NCBI GenBank assembly: GCA_963818475.1
Contig: CAWFSF010000005.1
Span: 256,001 to 320,000 of the forward strand
Direction: 5' to 3'
DNA from: Nitrospirota bacterium
GTDB lineage: Bacteria; Nitrospirota; UBA9217
DNA: 64,000 nt
Position 1 is the first letter of the stretch. Each line of letters begins with the position of its first letter. Shown piece by piece: positions 10,553 to 22,038 of this stretch. The notes beneath the pieces were generated by a model, which saw only the letters and a program-made list of their open reading frames with translations, was not told the origin of the DNA and did not search any database. The position numbers and the translations under genes were made by a program.

Positions 10553-11662
10553 TTACGAGGGCAGCACCACGCTCCGCAGCTTCTCCGCCGCATCTTCCGG
10601 GCAGACCGTGTTCACGAACAGGCCCGACCCCAGCTCGAACCCCGTGGGAATGCTCGTGCGCGGGCAGATCTCGATGTGCCAGTGAAAGGAGGCCGCGTTC
10701 CCGGCGTACTCTTCGCCATGCGGGCAGGGAATGGAAGAAGAAATTATACTGCACGCCGCCGAGCACCGTGTTGAGCCGCGCCATGGTCCTTCGGAAGATC
10801 CGCGCGAGGTCGGCGAGGTCTTCCGGCGTCGGCATCGAGGAAGTCGGCCTGATGCTTGAGCGGGAGGATATGCACCTCCCACTCATAGCGGCTGGCAAAG
10901 GGCTTGATGGCGATGAACGCAGCGGCTCCGCTCGATCACGAACTGGCCCACGTTGATCTTGCGCCGCACCTCGCCGGACTCCCGGTCGTAGAGGGTCGCC
11001 TCGAAGGTCAGCGCCTCGTCAATGGAGTTGCAGAAGATGCAGCTCTGCGAGGCCTGGTAAAAGGCCGCGCTGTTCCGCACCTCTGCCTGCACGTTGTCCG
11101 GCACGACCGGCATGGCGATGATCTGGCTGTGCGTGTGGCCGATGCTGGCGCCTGCGGCAGGGCCGAAGTTCTTGAACAGGAGCACATACTTCAGGCGGTC
11201 GTTGGAATGGTAGAGCTGCTCCATGCGGCTGCGGTACGTGGACAGGAGCAGCGCAAGATGCTCTTCGGACATCTCATGGAGCCTGATGCCGTGCGAGGCG
11301 TGGTCGATGACGACCTCATGCCGGCCGTATCCGTCGATGGTCTGCTGCATGCCGAAGGCGAAGTTCGGGTTCCGGCGGTCGTCTCCCAGCACCGGGTAGA
11401 GGTTCTCCACGAGGCGCAGCTGCCAGTCTCCGGCTGCCGGGACCTGGGCGATCGGCGCCGGCGTCTTGTCCTCGTTGCCCTTGCAGAACGGACAGGTCTC
11501 CACAAAGGTCCGCGCGTCATAGGGCGCCGGCGCTTCCTCCTTCTTGGGCCGCAGGCTGCGCGCCGTGGCCACCAGCACCGACTCCGACGGCACGATGGGA
11601 TTGATCCGTATCTCGCGGACGGCCTTGGCCTGCCCTGGTTTAGCATCTGCAGAAGCGCTCAT
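10553..11662 (-). CDS. galT: Galactose-1-phosphate uridylyltransferase (frameshifts near 10750 and 10880-10925)
   Basis: CPFCKGNE, GYGRHEVVID, NFGPAAGASIGHTHSQ, FHWHIEICPR, GFELGSG. Confidence 0.9.
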
Positions 11663-12048
11663 AATAATATTCTCCCGTGATGATCCCCGGTATCGCTGCT
11701 GGAACAGGCCGTGCCTCTTCTCTGAGCGTGCGTACAGGATCGTTCACGAGAGTACAATAGAACTGCCTGTCCGGGCAAGTGAAAAAGAAGCATTGCAGGA
11801 TGTCGTCTGCACGGCATGGACGGTCGTATCGGAAAGCGGGTAAAGACAAAGGCCGTGTGAGATCGGCTTGGAGTAGGGCATTTGACCGGAAGACCAGTAG
11901 CACAAAGAACTTTTCCGCCATTCCCGTTTAAGTGGGAATCCAAGCATGGTACCTTGGGGGGGGATGCCTCTGGATACCCGCTTTCCCGGGTATGGCGGAA
12001 TGGGGGAAAGTGTGATTTGATATGAAAGCCCGTATGAGGCCCCCGGTT

Positions 12049-12762
12049 CTATGCCGGGATGTCCCGTGCGATCTGGTCCCTGATGTAATCGCGCACGAAG
12101 ATCCTGTCCTCGGGGCGAATGCTCGTGAACCTCAAGCCCATGCCAGGTTGTTTATGCTGCCCCCCGATCATGGTCGAGCTGTATTGCACGACCGCAGACA
12201 CGCTGATTACCTTGTTCATAATGAACAGGGTAAGGGAAAGGACCGTATGTACCGGCTCAGGTGCGCTCGAGTATACATAGCAGCCTCCTTCCGAGAGGGA
12301 GGTCACCTGTTCCTGCCGAATCGCACCGGCCCTGCTCTTCACTTCGGCCTTCAGCAGCGTGTCGATCCTGATGTTCTTTCGCGGCATGCGCTCCGTTGCA
12401 GCCTGAATGGCGCCGTAGAGCACACTGAAATCAGTCGGCTTCCGGTAAAACTCCGTGCATCCTGCGGAAAAACAGGCTTCCCGCACGCTGGAATCGTTTT
12501 CAGAGGAATGCACGATCACCGGCACGGTCTTTAACTGCGGGGATTGCCTCATTTCCTTCAGCATCTCGATGCCGCTCTTGGCAGGAAGGGCGGTGTCCGT
12601 CAACACCAGCGCGGGGAGAACTTCGGTCATGGCGCGCAGGGCATCGTCGGCGTTCATGGCGGAGCGCACTTTGTAATCGAGCTTCCGGAGCATGGTCCCC
12701 ATGAAGAATATATGCGATGCGCTGCTGTCCACGACCAGGAGCGATCGTATTTCCCCGTCCAT
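12049..12762 (-). CDS. Receiver + PilZ domain protein
   Basis: Receiver (LLVVD, LTDTALP, YRKP) then PRKNIRI, SLSEGG, GMGLRF. Confidence 0.85.
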   Translation of the reverse strand: MDGEIRSLLVVDSSASHIFFMGTMLRKLDYKVRSAMNADDALRAMTEVLPALVLTDTALPAKSGIEMLKEMRQSPQLKTVPVIVHSSENDSSVREACFSAGCTEFYRKPTDFSVLYGAIQAATERMPRKNIRIDTLLKAEVKSRAGAIRQEQVTSLSEGGCYVYSSAPEPVHTVLSLTLFIMNKVISVSAVVQYSSTMIGGQHKQPGMGLRFTSIRPEDRIFVRDYIRDQIARDIPA

Positions 12763-12899
12763 CTCGTACCTCCCTGCTCGCCATGGCATGTCACCGGTTT
12801 GCCGGGATCAGGACCAGCAACTGTTCTGACCTTCAGGCCGGGGGCTGAAAAGCCGGACCTGACAAGCGCCTATGGAAGAGCGACGTTCTGATCGTTTAA

Positions 12900-12955
12900 A
12901 ACCTACAGCATTAGGCGGGTATTTGCAAGGATTCCGATGGGGTAATTTCAGGGTA
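12900..12955 (-). promoter_or_regulatory. Sigma70-type promoter with upstream TACCC-N6-TACCC site
   Basis: Minus strand TACCCTGAAATTACCCCAT, 8 bp, TTGCAA, 17 bp, TAGGTT. Confidence 0.6.
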
Positions 12956-13027
12956 TTGACAAAATGTTGCATTTATGGTGCGGACTTTTCCTGTGTACTG
13001 CTGGAGGTCCATGATCTAGTCAACCCG

Positions 13028-14584
13028 CTAGTGGAAGGTAAAGAATGCTGCGTGATTGGAAGTGAAGAGCGGCGGATCGTGCTTCAGGATCCCTGAGACC
13101 TCGCTGTGCCGTTTGAACTCGCTTTCCAGGAACTGCCGCACCAGCTTCCGGTCCCAACCCGCCGGATGCCTGAACCCGGTATAGAGCGAAAGGTCTCCCT
13201 CATAGAACTGTTCTGTTCCGAATGCTCCGGCCTGCTCGCCGCAGAGAGGCATATTAAAGATGGCCAGGTTCAGGAACGTGATCGCCTTTGCATGCTGGAC
13301 GACAAATGCGAGCGTCTTCCGCGCTTCGGCCGCGGTCTCTGCAGGTGTTCCGAAGAGCAGATAGACATACGTTGCGATGCCGGCTTTTTGCAGGTTCAAC
13401 AATACCTGCGACGCCATGGCAAGGTCGATCCCCTTCGAAAGCCTGTCGAGCACAGCCTGGTCGCCTGACTCCAGACCGAGCTTCAGCATCGCGCAGCCCG
13501 ATCGTTTAAGCGCGATGCAGAATCCGAGGTCCGTCAGTTCCCTGCTTATCCGCGCGAACCCGTACCAGGGAACGCCGGGCGGCCTCTCGGCGAGCGCCCG
13601 CATGAGCGCAGGGCTGATCGCGTTGTCGAGCAGATGGATCAAAACCGGTCTTGTTTGCGCGGTCAGTGATTCGAGCTCGGACAGTGCCTGGGGGACCGGG
13701 ACTGGGGTATAGGGATTGCCCTCTGCAGTTTCCGGACAGAAAGAACACTTGTTCCAGTAACACCCGCTTGATGCGCTGTAGGGGAGAATGTACCCCGGAG
13801 AGAGATATTCATGCGTTGGCAGCATTCCGTAGTCGGGTACGGCCCGGATCTGCTGATCACCAGGAACACCCAGCAGTTCAAGCAGAGCAGATTCGCCCGG
13901 CCCGGCAATGATATGGTCAACCAGACCGCCAAAAGGATCGGCCCATCCCGGCCTCTTCACCCATGAACTCACCAGACCGCCTCCGAGCACGATCGAAAGT
14001 CCGGGGAACTCTTTCCTGAGGTACCCGATCATGGCAAAGGTGCACAATGCCTGGCTCAGATAATTGAGAGAGAACCCGACCAGGGGCGGCGTCTTTTTCG
14101 ATCCACCCCCGTCTCCGCGCCTTTGCGTGGTAAAATGGTTTTCAATAATTTCCGGCAGACGCGTGCTGAAATAGCCATAGAACAGACTTCGTTCCGGATG
14201 TTCGGCTGCCGCAAGCAGATCAGCGCTTCTCATCGGAGACAGTATTTCATGGTGATAATCAGCCAGACCCAGGATCGCGTGATATGGTTTGGCGGACGCT
14301 TCGAGGAGGCGGTTCACGTCGCGCACTGCCCGGCTGTAGCGGTCAAGCGACAGATAGGTGCCGGGGTTTTTGAGCGCTGCAAGATTTTTTGAGCTGTTTT
14401 TTACCGCCCTGCGGGTCCAGGTATCGGACGCGGTCTGCGGCTGCTCAAGAAGAGAAAGCATCCCTTCGAGATTAGCATCCAGCAGCATGCAGGGAATATG
14501 GTGTGCCTTCAGGGCACCGGCGAGTTTTGCGATGCCGGCCGGCGGTTCACAGGCCTTGGCAGCAGGAGGAAAGATCAGCAGCAT
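13028..14584 (-). CDS. B12-binding domain radical SAM protein
   Basis: GCYWNKCSFC, LGLESGDQAVLD, IVLGGG. Confidence 0.9.
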   Translation of the reverse strand: MLLIFPPAAKACEPPAGIAKLAGALKAHHIPCMLLDANLEGMLSLLEQPQTASDTWTRRAVKNSSKNLAALKNPGTYLSLDRYSRAVRDVNRLLEASAKPYHAILGLADYHHEILSPMRSADLLAAAEHPERSLFYGYFSTRLPEIIENHFTTQRRGDGGGSKKTPPLVGFSLNYLSQALCTFAMIGYLRKEFPGLSIVLGGGLVSSWVKRPGWADPFGGLVDHIIAGPGESALLELLGVPGDQQIRAVPDYGMLPTHEYLSPGYILPYSASSGCYWNKCSFCPETAEGNPYTPVPVPQALSELESLTAQTRPVLIHLLDNAISPALMRALAERPPGVPWYGFARISRELTDLGFCIALKRSGCAMLKLGLESGDQAVLDRLSKGIDLAMASQVLLNLQKAGIATYVYLLFGTPAETAAEARKTLAFVVQHAKAITFLNLAIFNMPLCGEQAGAFGTEQFYEGDLSLYTGFRHPAGWDRKLVRQFLESEFKRHSEVSGILKHDPPLFTSNHAAFFTFH

Positions 14585-14666
14585 GGGAAACAGGGTACAG
14601 GGTCGGGCGGCAAGAATCAAGGTGAAAGTACTGGGCAGCGTATTCAGACTCAGATCGTTTTTGGGG

Positions 14667-16671
14667 TCAGGTGAACAGCTTCTGGAAGAAGCCCTTCTTT
14701 TCCTCTTCCCTCTTTTGCCTTATCGCATCCATATGCTTCAACGCGGTCTTGTTGTTCGGGTTGAGCTTCAGGGCTTTCAGGAACTCCGCCTCGGCAAAGT
14801 TCACGCTGCCCTCATCAAGGTACATCGTGCCCTTCAGCGCGTAGGAGATGGCCAGTTTTCCGAGCTGCAGGGACCGGTTGACCGCATCCTTTGCGCGTTT
14901 GATTGCTGCGCCATTCCCCTTGGTAACGGGATTGTTGTAGATAGCCAGCGCCAGGTAGGCGTGGTATTCCGCTTTATCGGGATCGAGGTTCAGGCAGTTC
15001 GTGAAGGCCCTCTCGGCGCTATCGCACTGGCCCTGCTCCAGCAGCACCTTGCCGGACTGGAACTGGACCTTTTCGTAGAACTCCTTGTCGTCGCCCTCGG
15101 CCGGTACCTGCTCCTGCTGGGAAAGGATATCGTCGTAGTTTTCCTTGGACACCACGTTGGAAAGCGTTTCGTAGGCATGGGAGGCCTTGGACAGAAGCTC
15201 CCCGGCAAGCTCCATGATCTGGCCTGAACTGCCGAAGAACTTCTCCGGACCATAGGTCCTGGTCATCTCGAAATAGGCTTTTTTCAGCTTCTCGAACGAG
15301 AAGGTCTTGGGCGTCATCCCGAACATCTCGTAGAAGTTCTTTTCCTTGATCGCTTCCCACTGGCTGCTCAGGTCCTCTTCAAGGGCCGTGAGCCCTTCGG
15401 TTGGCACTGCAGCTTCCTTCATTGCTCCCAGAGCGCCGACCTCGTCGGCAAGCTCGGCGAGCGCCCCGCCCAGGTCCTCGAACATTTCTGCAGGCGCCTC
15501 AGCCGTGGTGCGGATCGCGTTTTCTGACCGGAAAGGGAGGCAGGACCGCAGCTTGCACCGGGGCTTCGCTGTAGGAAAGCATCTTCAGGTAGTCGAGCGT
15601 GTACAGCACGACCGCGACATCTTCGGCATCAGTGGACGCCGGCGATGTCGGCGCAGGTCCTGGTGCCGTCGATGAGATCAAGCAGCTCCGGGTTTGTCAG
15701 TTCCGCGGCAAGATGGTTCTGGTGCTCAAAGAACTCCGCGGTCCTGGCCGCATAGAGCTTCCCTTTCTGTGCGACAAAGGAGCTCATGAGCGCAGGGTCC
15801 GGATGGGCGCTGAACCCCCGGTAAAAAAGCGCGGGCATGAACGCAGCTGCGGCAGGAGACCGCCGTGACGCACGATGCGCTCCACTCGAACAGGATCGTG
15901 CCGGATTTCCAGGAAAAGCATTCGACCAGCCGGTCATGCATAAAATGCGTATGCTCTTCCTGGAACGCCCGGGGCGTCAGGCAGCCCATCTTGATGAACA
16001 GGCTTCTCGAGTCCGCAGCCTCCGCCCTTCTTCAGGTCCTCATAGGCCTTCAGCTCTGCGCCGTCGATACGGTTCTTCTGCGCCAGAAAGGCGCCGAAGC
16101 CGGCATCGTCTGCGGAGAGCTCAAGTTCGACGAGCGCGCCATCGATAAAAAAGAACTTCCGCTGCAAAGGCTCGCGTGCAACGGTCAGGACGCCGGTCGC
16201 TTTTTTCTTCAGCAGATAGAACAGCACTTTTTCAAAGGGAGTTGTATCGAGCTTCGCCTGCAGGGACGTCTGCGGGGGGGGCGCTGCGGCCTCGGGTGTC
16301 CGGGCCTGCAATGCCGATGAGATCACTTCGTACAGCGTATCGGAAGAAAAGGGCTTGGTCAGAAAACCGCTGAGCGCAAGCTCCCGGGTCAGCCGCTCGA
16401 TCTCGGAGGGGTCCCTCTCGGACATGCTCATCATGATGATCGGGATGGTCCTGCCTTTTGTGCTTTCCCTGATCTTCCTGCAGACATCGTCGCCGTTCAT
16501 CATCGGAAGCTCGATATCGATCAGCAGCAGATCATAGGACGCCGCCACAAAGGAATGGACCGCGCTGATGCCGTCCGACACGATCCGGGCATCGATTTCC
16601 TTCCGTTTCAGGAACCTGGCGATAAGCTCTGAAAGTTTCTGATTGTCTTCAATGATAAGGATGTTTGGCAT
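14667..16671 (-). CDS. Receiver-DUF4388-like-DnaJ-like-TPR protein (several frameshifts)
   Basis: MPNILIIED..LIDIELP..LTKPF; KATGVLTV, FSWKSG; NFYEMFG..LKKAYFEMTRTYGPEKF; C-terminal TPRs; spread over 4 ORF fragments. Confidence 0.75.
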
Positions 16672-16718
16672 ATCATGAATACGAATACAAGAGCGCAGGT
16701 CGGGCTTAAAACCCGCCG

Positions 16719-17144
16719 CTACAAGTCGGTACTCCCCTTCTTCTGCGGCTCGCCCGGGCCGGTTTTTGCCAGGCTTTTCTGATGGAGCGACTTGAAGATC
16801 ATGTCCAGGACCCGCTTCTGCTTGCCCTCGAACTTGTTCAAAACCGCGAGGCACGTCCCCATGGGAAAGCGCTCGTGCAGATAGTCGGCATCGCGTCCGG
16901 ACACGATGACGATGCGGTTCTTGTTCACCCCTTTGGACAGGGCATAGGCAAGGACCTTGGAACCGTCCAGCGCGGGCATCTCCAGATCGATCAGCAGCAG
17001 ATCGAGGTCTGCGGTGATGGAGACAAGGCATTTTATCGGATCATTGCAAGTTGAGACATGGAGGGCGGGATAGTGCTCGGCAACATAGTCTTCGAGCAAT
17101 TTCAGAAATGCGGCATCATCATCGATCAGCAGGATATTTCCCAT
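16719..17144 (-). CDS. Single-domain response regulator
   Basis: ILLIDDD, LIDLEMPALDG, IVSGR. Confidence 0.85.
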   Translation of the reverse strand: MGNILLIDDDAAFLKLLEDYVAEHYPALHVSTCNDPIKCLVSITADLDLLLIDLEMPALDGSKVLAYALSKGVNKNRIVIVSGRDADYLHERFPMGTCLAVLNKFEGKQKRVLDMIFKSLHQKSLAKTGPGEPQKKGSTDL

Positions 17145-17262
17145 GGTTGGTCGCCAGTTCCTTTATTCTTTCTCTGCAAACGACGTATTCACGCAGCCAT
17201 GCTGATGAATAATATACCTGACATCCGCCGACAGTCAATGAGATATATTATGAAACCCGCGG

Positions 17263-18798
17263 CTACCAGTCGATCGGAAAATAATCCTTCAGAAACTTCC
17301 CGCACCAGTGCTTATTGGTCAGGATCCCGTCAAAGAAGGGGTCGCAGACCCTGGCAGCCCCGTCAACGATGTCCAGGGGCGGCTGAAAATCATGCACCTG
17401 CTGCTTGAACTGCGAAAGCTCCACAGGATCTTCGTCCGTGACCCAGCCGGTATCAACGGCATTCATATAGATGCCGTGCCGGGCAAGCTCCTCCGCCGAC
17501 GTGTGGGTCATCATGTTCAGCGCAGCTTTCGCCATGTTCGTATGGGGGTGCCGTTCGTCCTTTTTGTATCTGAAGAACTTCCCCTCCATGGCAGTCACAT
17601 TGACAATGTGTTTCTTGCCCGTATGATCGCGCTTCATCAGGGGTATCAGCCTGTTGCACAAGACGAAGGGGGCCACGGCATTCACCAGCTGCACTTCGAG
17701 CATTTCCGTGGTTGCGATCTCTCCCAGCTTCAGCCTCCAGCTGTTCACTTTGCGCAGGTCCACCTGCTGAAGGTCCACGTCCAGCTTCCCTTTCGGAAAG
17801 ACCTCCTCGGACACCAGGGAACGATCATGGCTATAGGGGATCTGCGAGAGCTGCGCGGATTCACGTAAACCGATCCCCGGGCCCTGGTCCTGCCAGGCCA
17901 GGGCAAGGGCGGGATCGTTATCCGCCGTAGCATGACAAAAAGAGGCCAGTTGTTTCTTACACGCCTCATGGCCTCGCAGGAGCTGCCGGGCCTCCGGAGA
18001 AAGGCCCGGATAACCGTTTTTTTCCTTGTCAATGAGATGCGCATAGAACCCGGCAGGGCGCCTTACTGTCTGGGCGGCATTGTTGATCAGGATATCAAGC
18101 CGCCCGTACTGCTGCTCAACATAGCTGGTGAAAAGTTCAACGCTCGGGATATGCCGCAGGTCGAGGCCGTGAATATGCAGCCTCCCTCCCCATTCCGCAT
18201 ATCCCTCTTCTTTGGCATAGCGGGCCGCAGCATCGGCAGGGAACCGGGTCGTTGCGATTACGGTGGCGCCGGCGCGCAGCATCAGAAGCGTTGCCTGATA
18301 ACCGATCTTGACGCGCGCGCCGGTGATCAAGGCGACCTGACCCTCCAGAGACGCCGTCTGAAAACGTTTTTGATAGTTCAGGTCGCCGCATTTCTTGCAC
18401 AGGGTGTCGTAGAAAAAGTGAAGCGTCGTGAACTCTTCCTTGCACACATAGCAATTACGCGGCGTTTGCAGTTTTTCTTTTTCCTGCCCGGTCCCGGAGG
18501 AGCCGTCTGCGATCTGCGCAGGTGCTGTATATACGGCATCCCTGCGAGCACTGCGAATACCCGTCGTATTCCTGGCACGCCGGTCCTTTTCAAGCCTTGC
18601 CAGGAGCTCCGGTTTTTTCGCAGCCTTATTCCTTTTCTTGGCCTCTGCCCGATCCGGACGGGATATTGCGCCGGCCGCTTTCAGGAGCGCCAGCCGCTGT
18701 GCTTCGGGAAGGTTGGCGAGCTCTTCCGTATCGTTCACCAGCTCTTTCAGCATTGAAATGCATTGCTCAATATCTTCGGGCGTATGCTTCTTCTTCAT
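17263..18798 (-). CDS. SDR family oxidoreductase with N-terminal Cys-motif domain
   Basis: [44 protein letters not shown]. Confidence 0.85.
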   Translation of the reverse strand: MKKKHTPEDIEQCISMLKELVNDTEELANLPEAQRLALLKAAGAISRPDRAEAKKRNKAAKKPELLARLEKDRRARNTTGIRSARRDAVYTAPAQIADGSSGTGQEKEKLQTPRNCYVCKEEFTTLHFFYDTLCKKCGDLNYQKRFQTASLEGQVALITGARVKIGYQATLLMLRAGATVIATTRFPADAAARYAKEEGYAEWGGRLHIHGLDLRHIPSVELFTSYVEQQYGRLDILINNAAQTVRRPAGFYAHLIDKEKNGYPGLSPEARQLLRGHEACKKQLASFCHATADNDPALALAWQDQGPGIGLRESAQLSQIPYSHDRSLVSEEVFPKGKLDVDLQQVDLRKVNSWRLKLGEIATTEMLEVQLVNAVAPFVLCNRLIPLMKRDHTGKKHIVNVTAMEGKFFRYKKDERHPHTNMAKAALNMMTHTSAEELARHGIYMNAVDTGWVTDEDPVELSQFKQQVHDFQPPLDIVDGAARVCDPFFDGILTNKHWCGKFLKDYFPIDW

Positions 18799-19108
18799 GT
18801 CTTCTTTATTCTCTTTCCTGTCCTGCATCGCAAAAGGATCAATCAGCAGCAACCCAGCGCCTTCAGGCCTGCCGGATCTTTCGGGCGTGCTTTTGCGCGC
18901 TTCCAGGTGACCAGGTCTTCGAGCGCGACCGCTGGCAGCCCCTGACTGACTTGCCATTCTATTCAGGACTGCACACTAGGTCAACAACCAAATTTCTGTT
19001 TGCGTGTCGAACGATAACAAGATCGACCTGCGATTGCTACTTCTGAGGGAAAAGGAAGGAACGACCGGGGGCGCGGCAGCGATTAACCGCAGACAGCTGC
19101 GCTCCGCA

Positions 19109-19678
19109 TCACTGCAGGGCCTCTGCCGCGAGCTGTTCCAGCGAGATGCCGAATTCGCTCTTCAGGTCCTGGAGCAGCCCCCTGGCAGTCAGGGCAGCCT
19201 GCTGCATCCGCTCAAGAAAGGGCCCGTTGCCCTGATAACGACGGCGAATGGAAAGCATCCGCAACTCCAGCGTTGTCGGACGATCAAGTTCGACCACGCT
19301 GTCGATGAGCGGCACCAGGCGCTCTTCGAGGGTGCGCGGAAGAAAGTCCTGCTCCGGAAGGCCGTAACGGACCGCCTCCGACCGCGGCATGCCGCAGAAC
19401 ACATGGGAAGCGCAGACAAAGGCCTCGCGATCGTGGCCCAGGCCCATAAGAAGATGATACCCTTCGACGCCATGCATGACCGGGTCATGCGTTTTGTACC
19501 GACCGATATCATGCAGCAGCGCCCCGACCCTGAGAAACCCGGCATCAAGGGGATAGTTCGGGGCAATGGCTCCGGACAGCCGTTCCGCTACGCGTGACAC
19601 GGCACGACAGTGCCTGATCCAGGCCGCATCCCTGCCGTAGCAGTGCAAAAGCGAGAGGGCTTCTTCATAGGACAACAT
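19109..19678 (-). CDS. HDIG/HD domain metal-dependent phosphohydrolase
   Basis: RHCRAV, GALLHDIGR, HGVEG, PRTLEE. Confidence 0.85.
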   Translation of the reverse strand: MLSYEEALSLLHCYGRDAAWIRHCRAVSRVAERLSGAIAPNYPLDAGFLRVGALLHDIGRYKTHDPVMHGVEGYHLLMGLGHDREAFVCASHVFCGMPRSEAVRYGLPEQDFLPRTLEERLVPLIDSVVELDRPTTLELRMLSIRRRYQGNGPFLERMQQAALTARGLLQDLKSEFGISLEQLAAEALQ

Positions 19679-20010
19679 ACACGACTCCGGTCCTGAAAAA
19701 ATGACATACTGCGCAGCTAAAAGACCCTGCCGAGAAAGGCTACCAGCGTGCGATGGCATTGTCAAGAGGCGGCAGCAGGACGCCGCGGTCATTCAGATTT
19801 ATGATGCGGACCATAGCTCGCTGCCTGAAGGGTACTACACTGCCGTTCATGTCAATCCCTCGTAAAAGGATCTTCACCACGCTCTCGCACTATACATCCC
19901 GGCGCGCAGGTTCGCCAGGGAATTCCAGTAATTATTTGTATTAAACTATTTGACAGGTCGGTTCCTATTTGTTATTATCCACGGACTTTTTTCGGAATTG
20001 AGGTAGCGAA

Positions 20011-20313
20011 ATGAAAAAAATGAACTGTTGGAAAGCCAAACAATGCGGTAGAGAAGCGGGCGGCAAGAATGTCCGCGAGTTGGGCATCTGTCCCGCATCG
20101 ATCGATCGGAAACTGCACGGAGTACACGGCGGCGATTGCGCCGGCCGCGCTTGCTGGATAATCGCCGGCACCTTTTGCGGCAATCAGGAGCAAGGTACGT
20201 TCGCCCAGAAGTATCACAACTGTGAAAAGTGTGATTTTTATCAGTCAGTACGGCAGGAAGAAGGCCTGAAGTTCAAGATGTCAACGCTTCTTCTTGCGAA
20301 AATACGATCGTAA
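20011..20313 (+). CDS. Cys-rich two-CW domain protein
   Basis: NCW..CGRE..CPA..GRACWIIAGTFC..CEKCDFY; GAGG RBS. Confidence 0.75.
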   Translation: MKKMNCWKAKQCGREAGGKNVRELGICPASIDRKLHGVHGGDCAGRACWIIAGTFCGNQEQGTFAQKYHNCEKCDFYQSVRQEEGLKFKMSTLLLAKIRS

Positions 20314-20365
20314 ACTGCTAGTACACTGTAAATCTAATTCTTGATGGTATCGCGTCTCTTTTTCT

Positions 20366-20443
20366 CGTCACCCCGGCATGATTTTAGCCGGGGTCCAGAG
20401 GTTTAAATCCCTGGATTCCGGCTTAGAACGTGCCGGAATGACG
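20366..20443. repeat. REP-like double-hairpin element (GTCA..CCGG / GGATTCCGGC..GCCGGAATGAC family)
   Basis: Hairpins accccggc/gccggggt and attccggc/gccggaat bounded by cgtca/tgacg; degenerate copy near 11970-12002. Confidence 0.7.
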
Positions 20444-20530
20444 GCGTTGAACCATTAACAACTAAGTTTACGATGTACTAGTTTACCAGAGCAGGCACGC
20501 CATCACGCTAGTGCATTTGGCTTGACTGGG

Positions 20531-21043
20531 CTATTTCTCCTTTGCCAGACACTGCACGATCTCTCCCGCGTACATGCGGTGATAGTCCTTCAGCGGATAC
20601 ATTTCACTGATCCCTGGATCAAGGAACTGTTCGGGGCTGATGTCCTGGAAGTAGAGCTTCCTGCAGACGAGCACAAGCCTCGCCTCTTCAAAATAGATCA
20701 CCTTGTCCTTTTTCACGGGCACAAGTCCCGCACCCTTGATCTTGTCCGTGTCCCTGCCAGAGTGCGAACCGCAGAAGGCCAGGGCCTTGCGATGCCGCTC
20801 TTCAAAGAAGGAAAGCGTGAACTCCCCGGCCTTTTCCATGAACCCATAGGTATGCCGCGTGGGCCTGATGAAGCAGAAGGCGACCTTCTTTTCCCACAGC
20901 ACGCCCAGCCCGCCCCAGCTCGCGGTCATGGTGTTGAACGACTCAGGCGTGCCCGCGGTGATGAGCATCCAATCCTTCCCGATCAGTTTGAACGGATTGT
21001 CGGCAAGCAGTTCCGGTTTTATTTCGCTAAATCCCATCTGCAA
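20531..21043 (-). CDS. Flavin reductase family protein
   Basis: NTMTASWGG, RPTRHT, CGSHSGRDTDK, DYHRMYAGEI. Confidence 0.9.
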   Translation of the reverse strand: MQMGFSEIKPELLADNPFKLIGKDWMLITAGTPESFNTMTASWGGLGVLWEKKVAFCFIRPTRHTYGFMEKAGEFTLSFFEERHRKALAFCGSHSGRDTDKIKGAGLVPVKKDKVIYFEEARLVLVCRKLYFQDISPEQFLDPGISEMYPLKDYHRMYAGEIVQCLAKEK

Positions 21044-21082
21044 TTCCTCCTCTGATTGTTATTATGATCCTGAAAACGGCAG

Positions 21083-21231
21083 TTGGCCGCAGATGAACGC
21101 AGATTTTCGCAGATAAAAATAGTAGTTCAAGTGGGAGAATCTTTCATCACAAGGATAGGCCTTCATGAATATCAAAATAAATTCTGAGAGTCTGCCTTAT
21201 CTGCGTTTATCAGATTTTATCTGCGGCCGAA
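21083..21231. repeat. Family A inverted-repeat element
   Basis: ttggccgcagatgaacgcagattttcgcagataa ... ttatctgcgtttatcagattttatctgcggccgaa. Confidence 0.8.
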
Positions 21232-21304
21232 TTTTCCTTAGTATTTATCGATCACGTAGTTAGTGCCGCATTTACTGAAGTGAGCTGCCTTTCTTGGAGC
21301 CCCT

Positions 21305-22033
21305 TCACGCGGCGGAATCAATGAATTCTATCCCCAGCGCCTCGCTAAACCCCTGCACAAAAGCCTGCCTCACCTCGTCAAGAGAAACATCGCGGCCCAG
21401 TTCCCGATTGATGGACGTGACCACATCTCCCGCGCATCCGCCGGGAATCACTTGGGCCTCCCGCTGCGGGTCGTAGTCGATCAGAATAGAGCCGTGCTGC
21501 AGGAACGCGCCTGAGGCCCGCCGCTGAGCGCTGCCGACGATCTTGCGGCCCTGCACCAGGATCTCGTACCATGACGGGGAGGAAAAACAGGCGGCGTCCT
21601 TTGCATTCTTATCCACACGCTCTGCATGTCTGCCTCCGCGCGAGACGATCTCTGCCGGGACGCCGATGTTCCTGAGCCCCGCGAGGAGTCCGGCGGCTAT
21701 GACCTTGTAGGTGCCGAGCACATTAGCGGGGAAGAGAGGATTGTCGGTCCGGGCAATGATGCTGTAGGTAAGTTCTTTATCGTGAAGCACTGCCCTTCCG
21801 CCGGTGATGCGGCGCACGATGTCGAAGCCAAGCCGCTTGCAGCCTTCGGCATTCACTGCTGTTTCGCTTTTCTGGAACCTGCCAAGCGAGACCGCAGGGG
21901 GTTGCCAGGCATAGAACCGGAGAACCGGCAGGTCCTCACCTGCCTGCGCGCGGGCCAGCAGCTCTTCGTCAAGGGCCATGTTGTAGATGCCGAGGTTGGG
22001 GCCGGTATGTATGTATCGCCATGGTTTCATCAT
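21305..22033 (-). CDS. Lipoate-protein ligase A / LipM-type octanoyltransferase
   Basis: NMALDE, RRITGGRAVLH, CF, RKIVGSAQ, LQHGSI. Confidence 0.9.
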   Translation of the reverse strand: MMKPWRYIHTGPNLGIYNMALDEELLARAQAGEDLPVLRFYAWQPPAVSLGRFQKSETAVNAEGCKRLGFDIVRRITGGRAVLHDKELTYSIIARTDNPLFPANVLGTYKVIAAGLLAGLRNIGVPAEIVSRGGRHAERVDKNAKDAACFSSPSWYEILVQGRKIVGSAQRRASGAFLQHGSILIDYDPQREAQVIPGGCAGDVVTSINRELGRDVSLDEVRQAFVQGFSEALGIEFIDSAA

Positions 22034-22038
22034 AAGAT

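Noticed and set aside
6295-10956. Long plus-strand ORFs 6295..7728 and 8971..10956, and similar ones (52469..53458, 55649..57181, 58664..59749)
   Set aside because: Antisense shadows of well-supported GC-rich genes; no recognisable motifs
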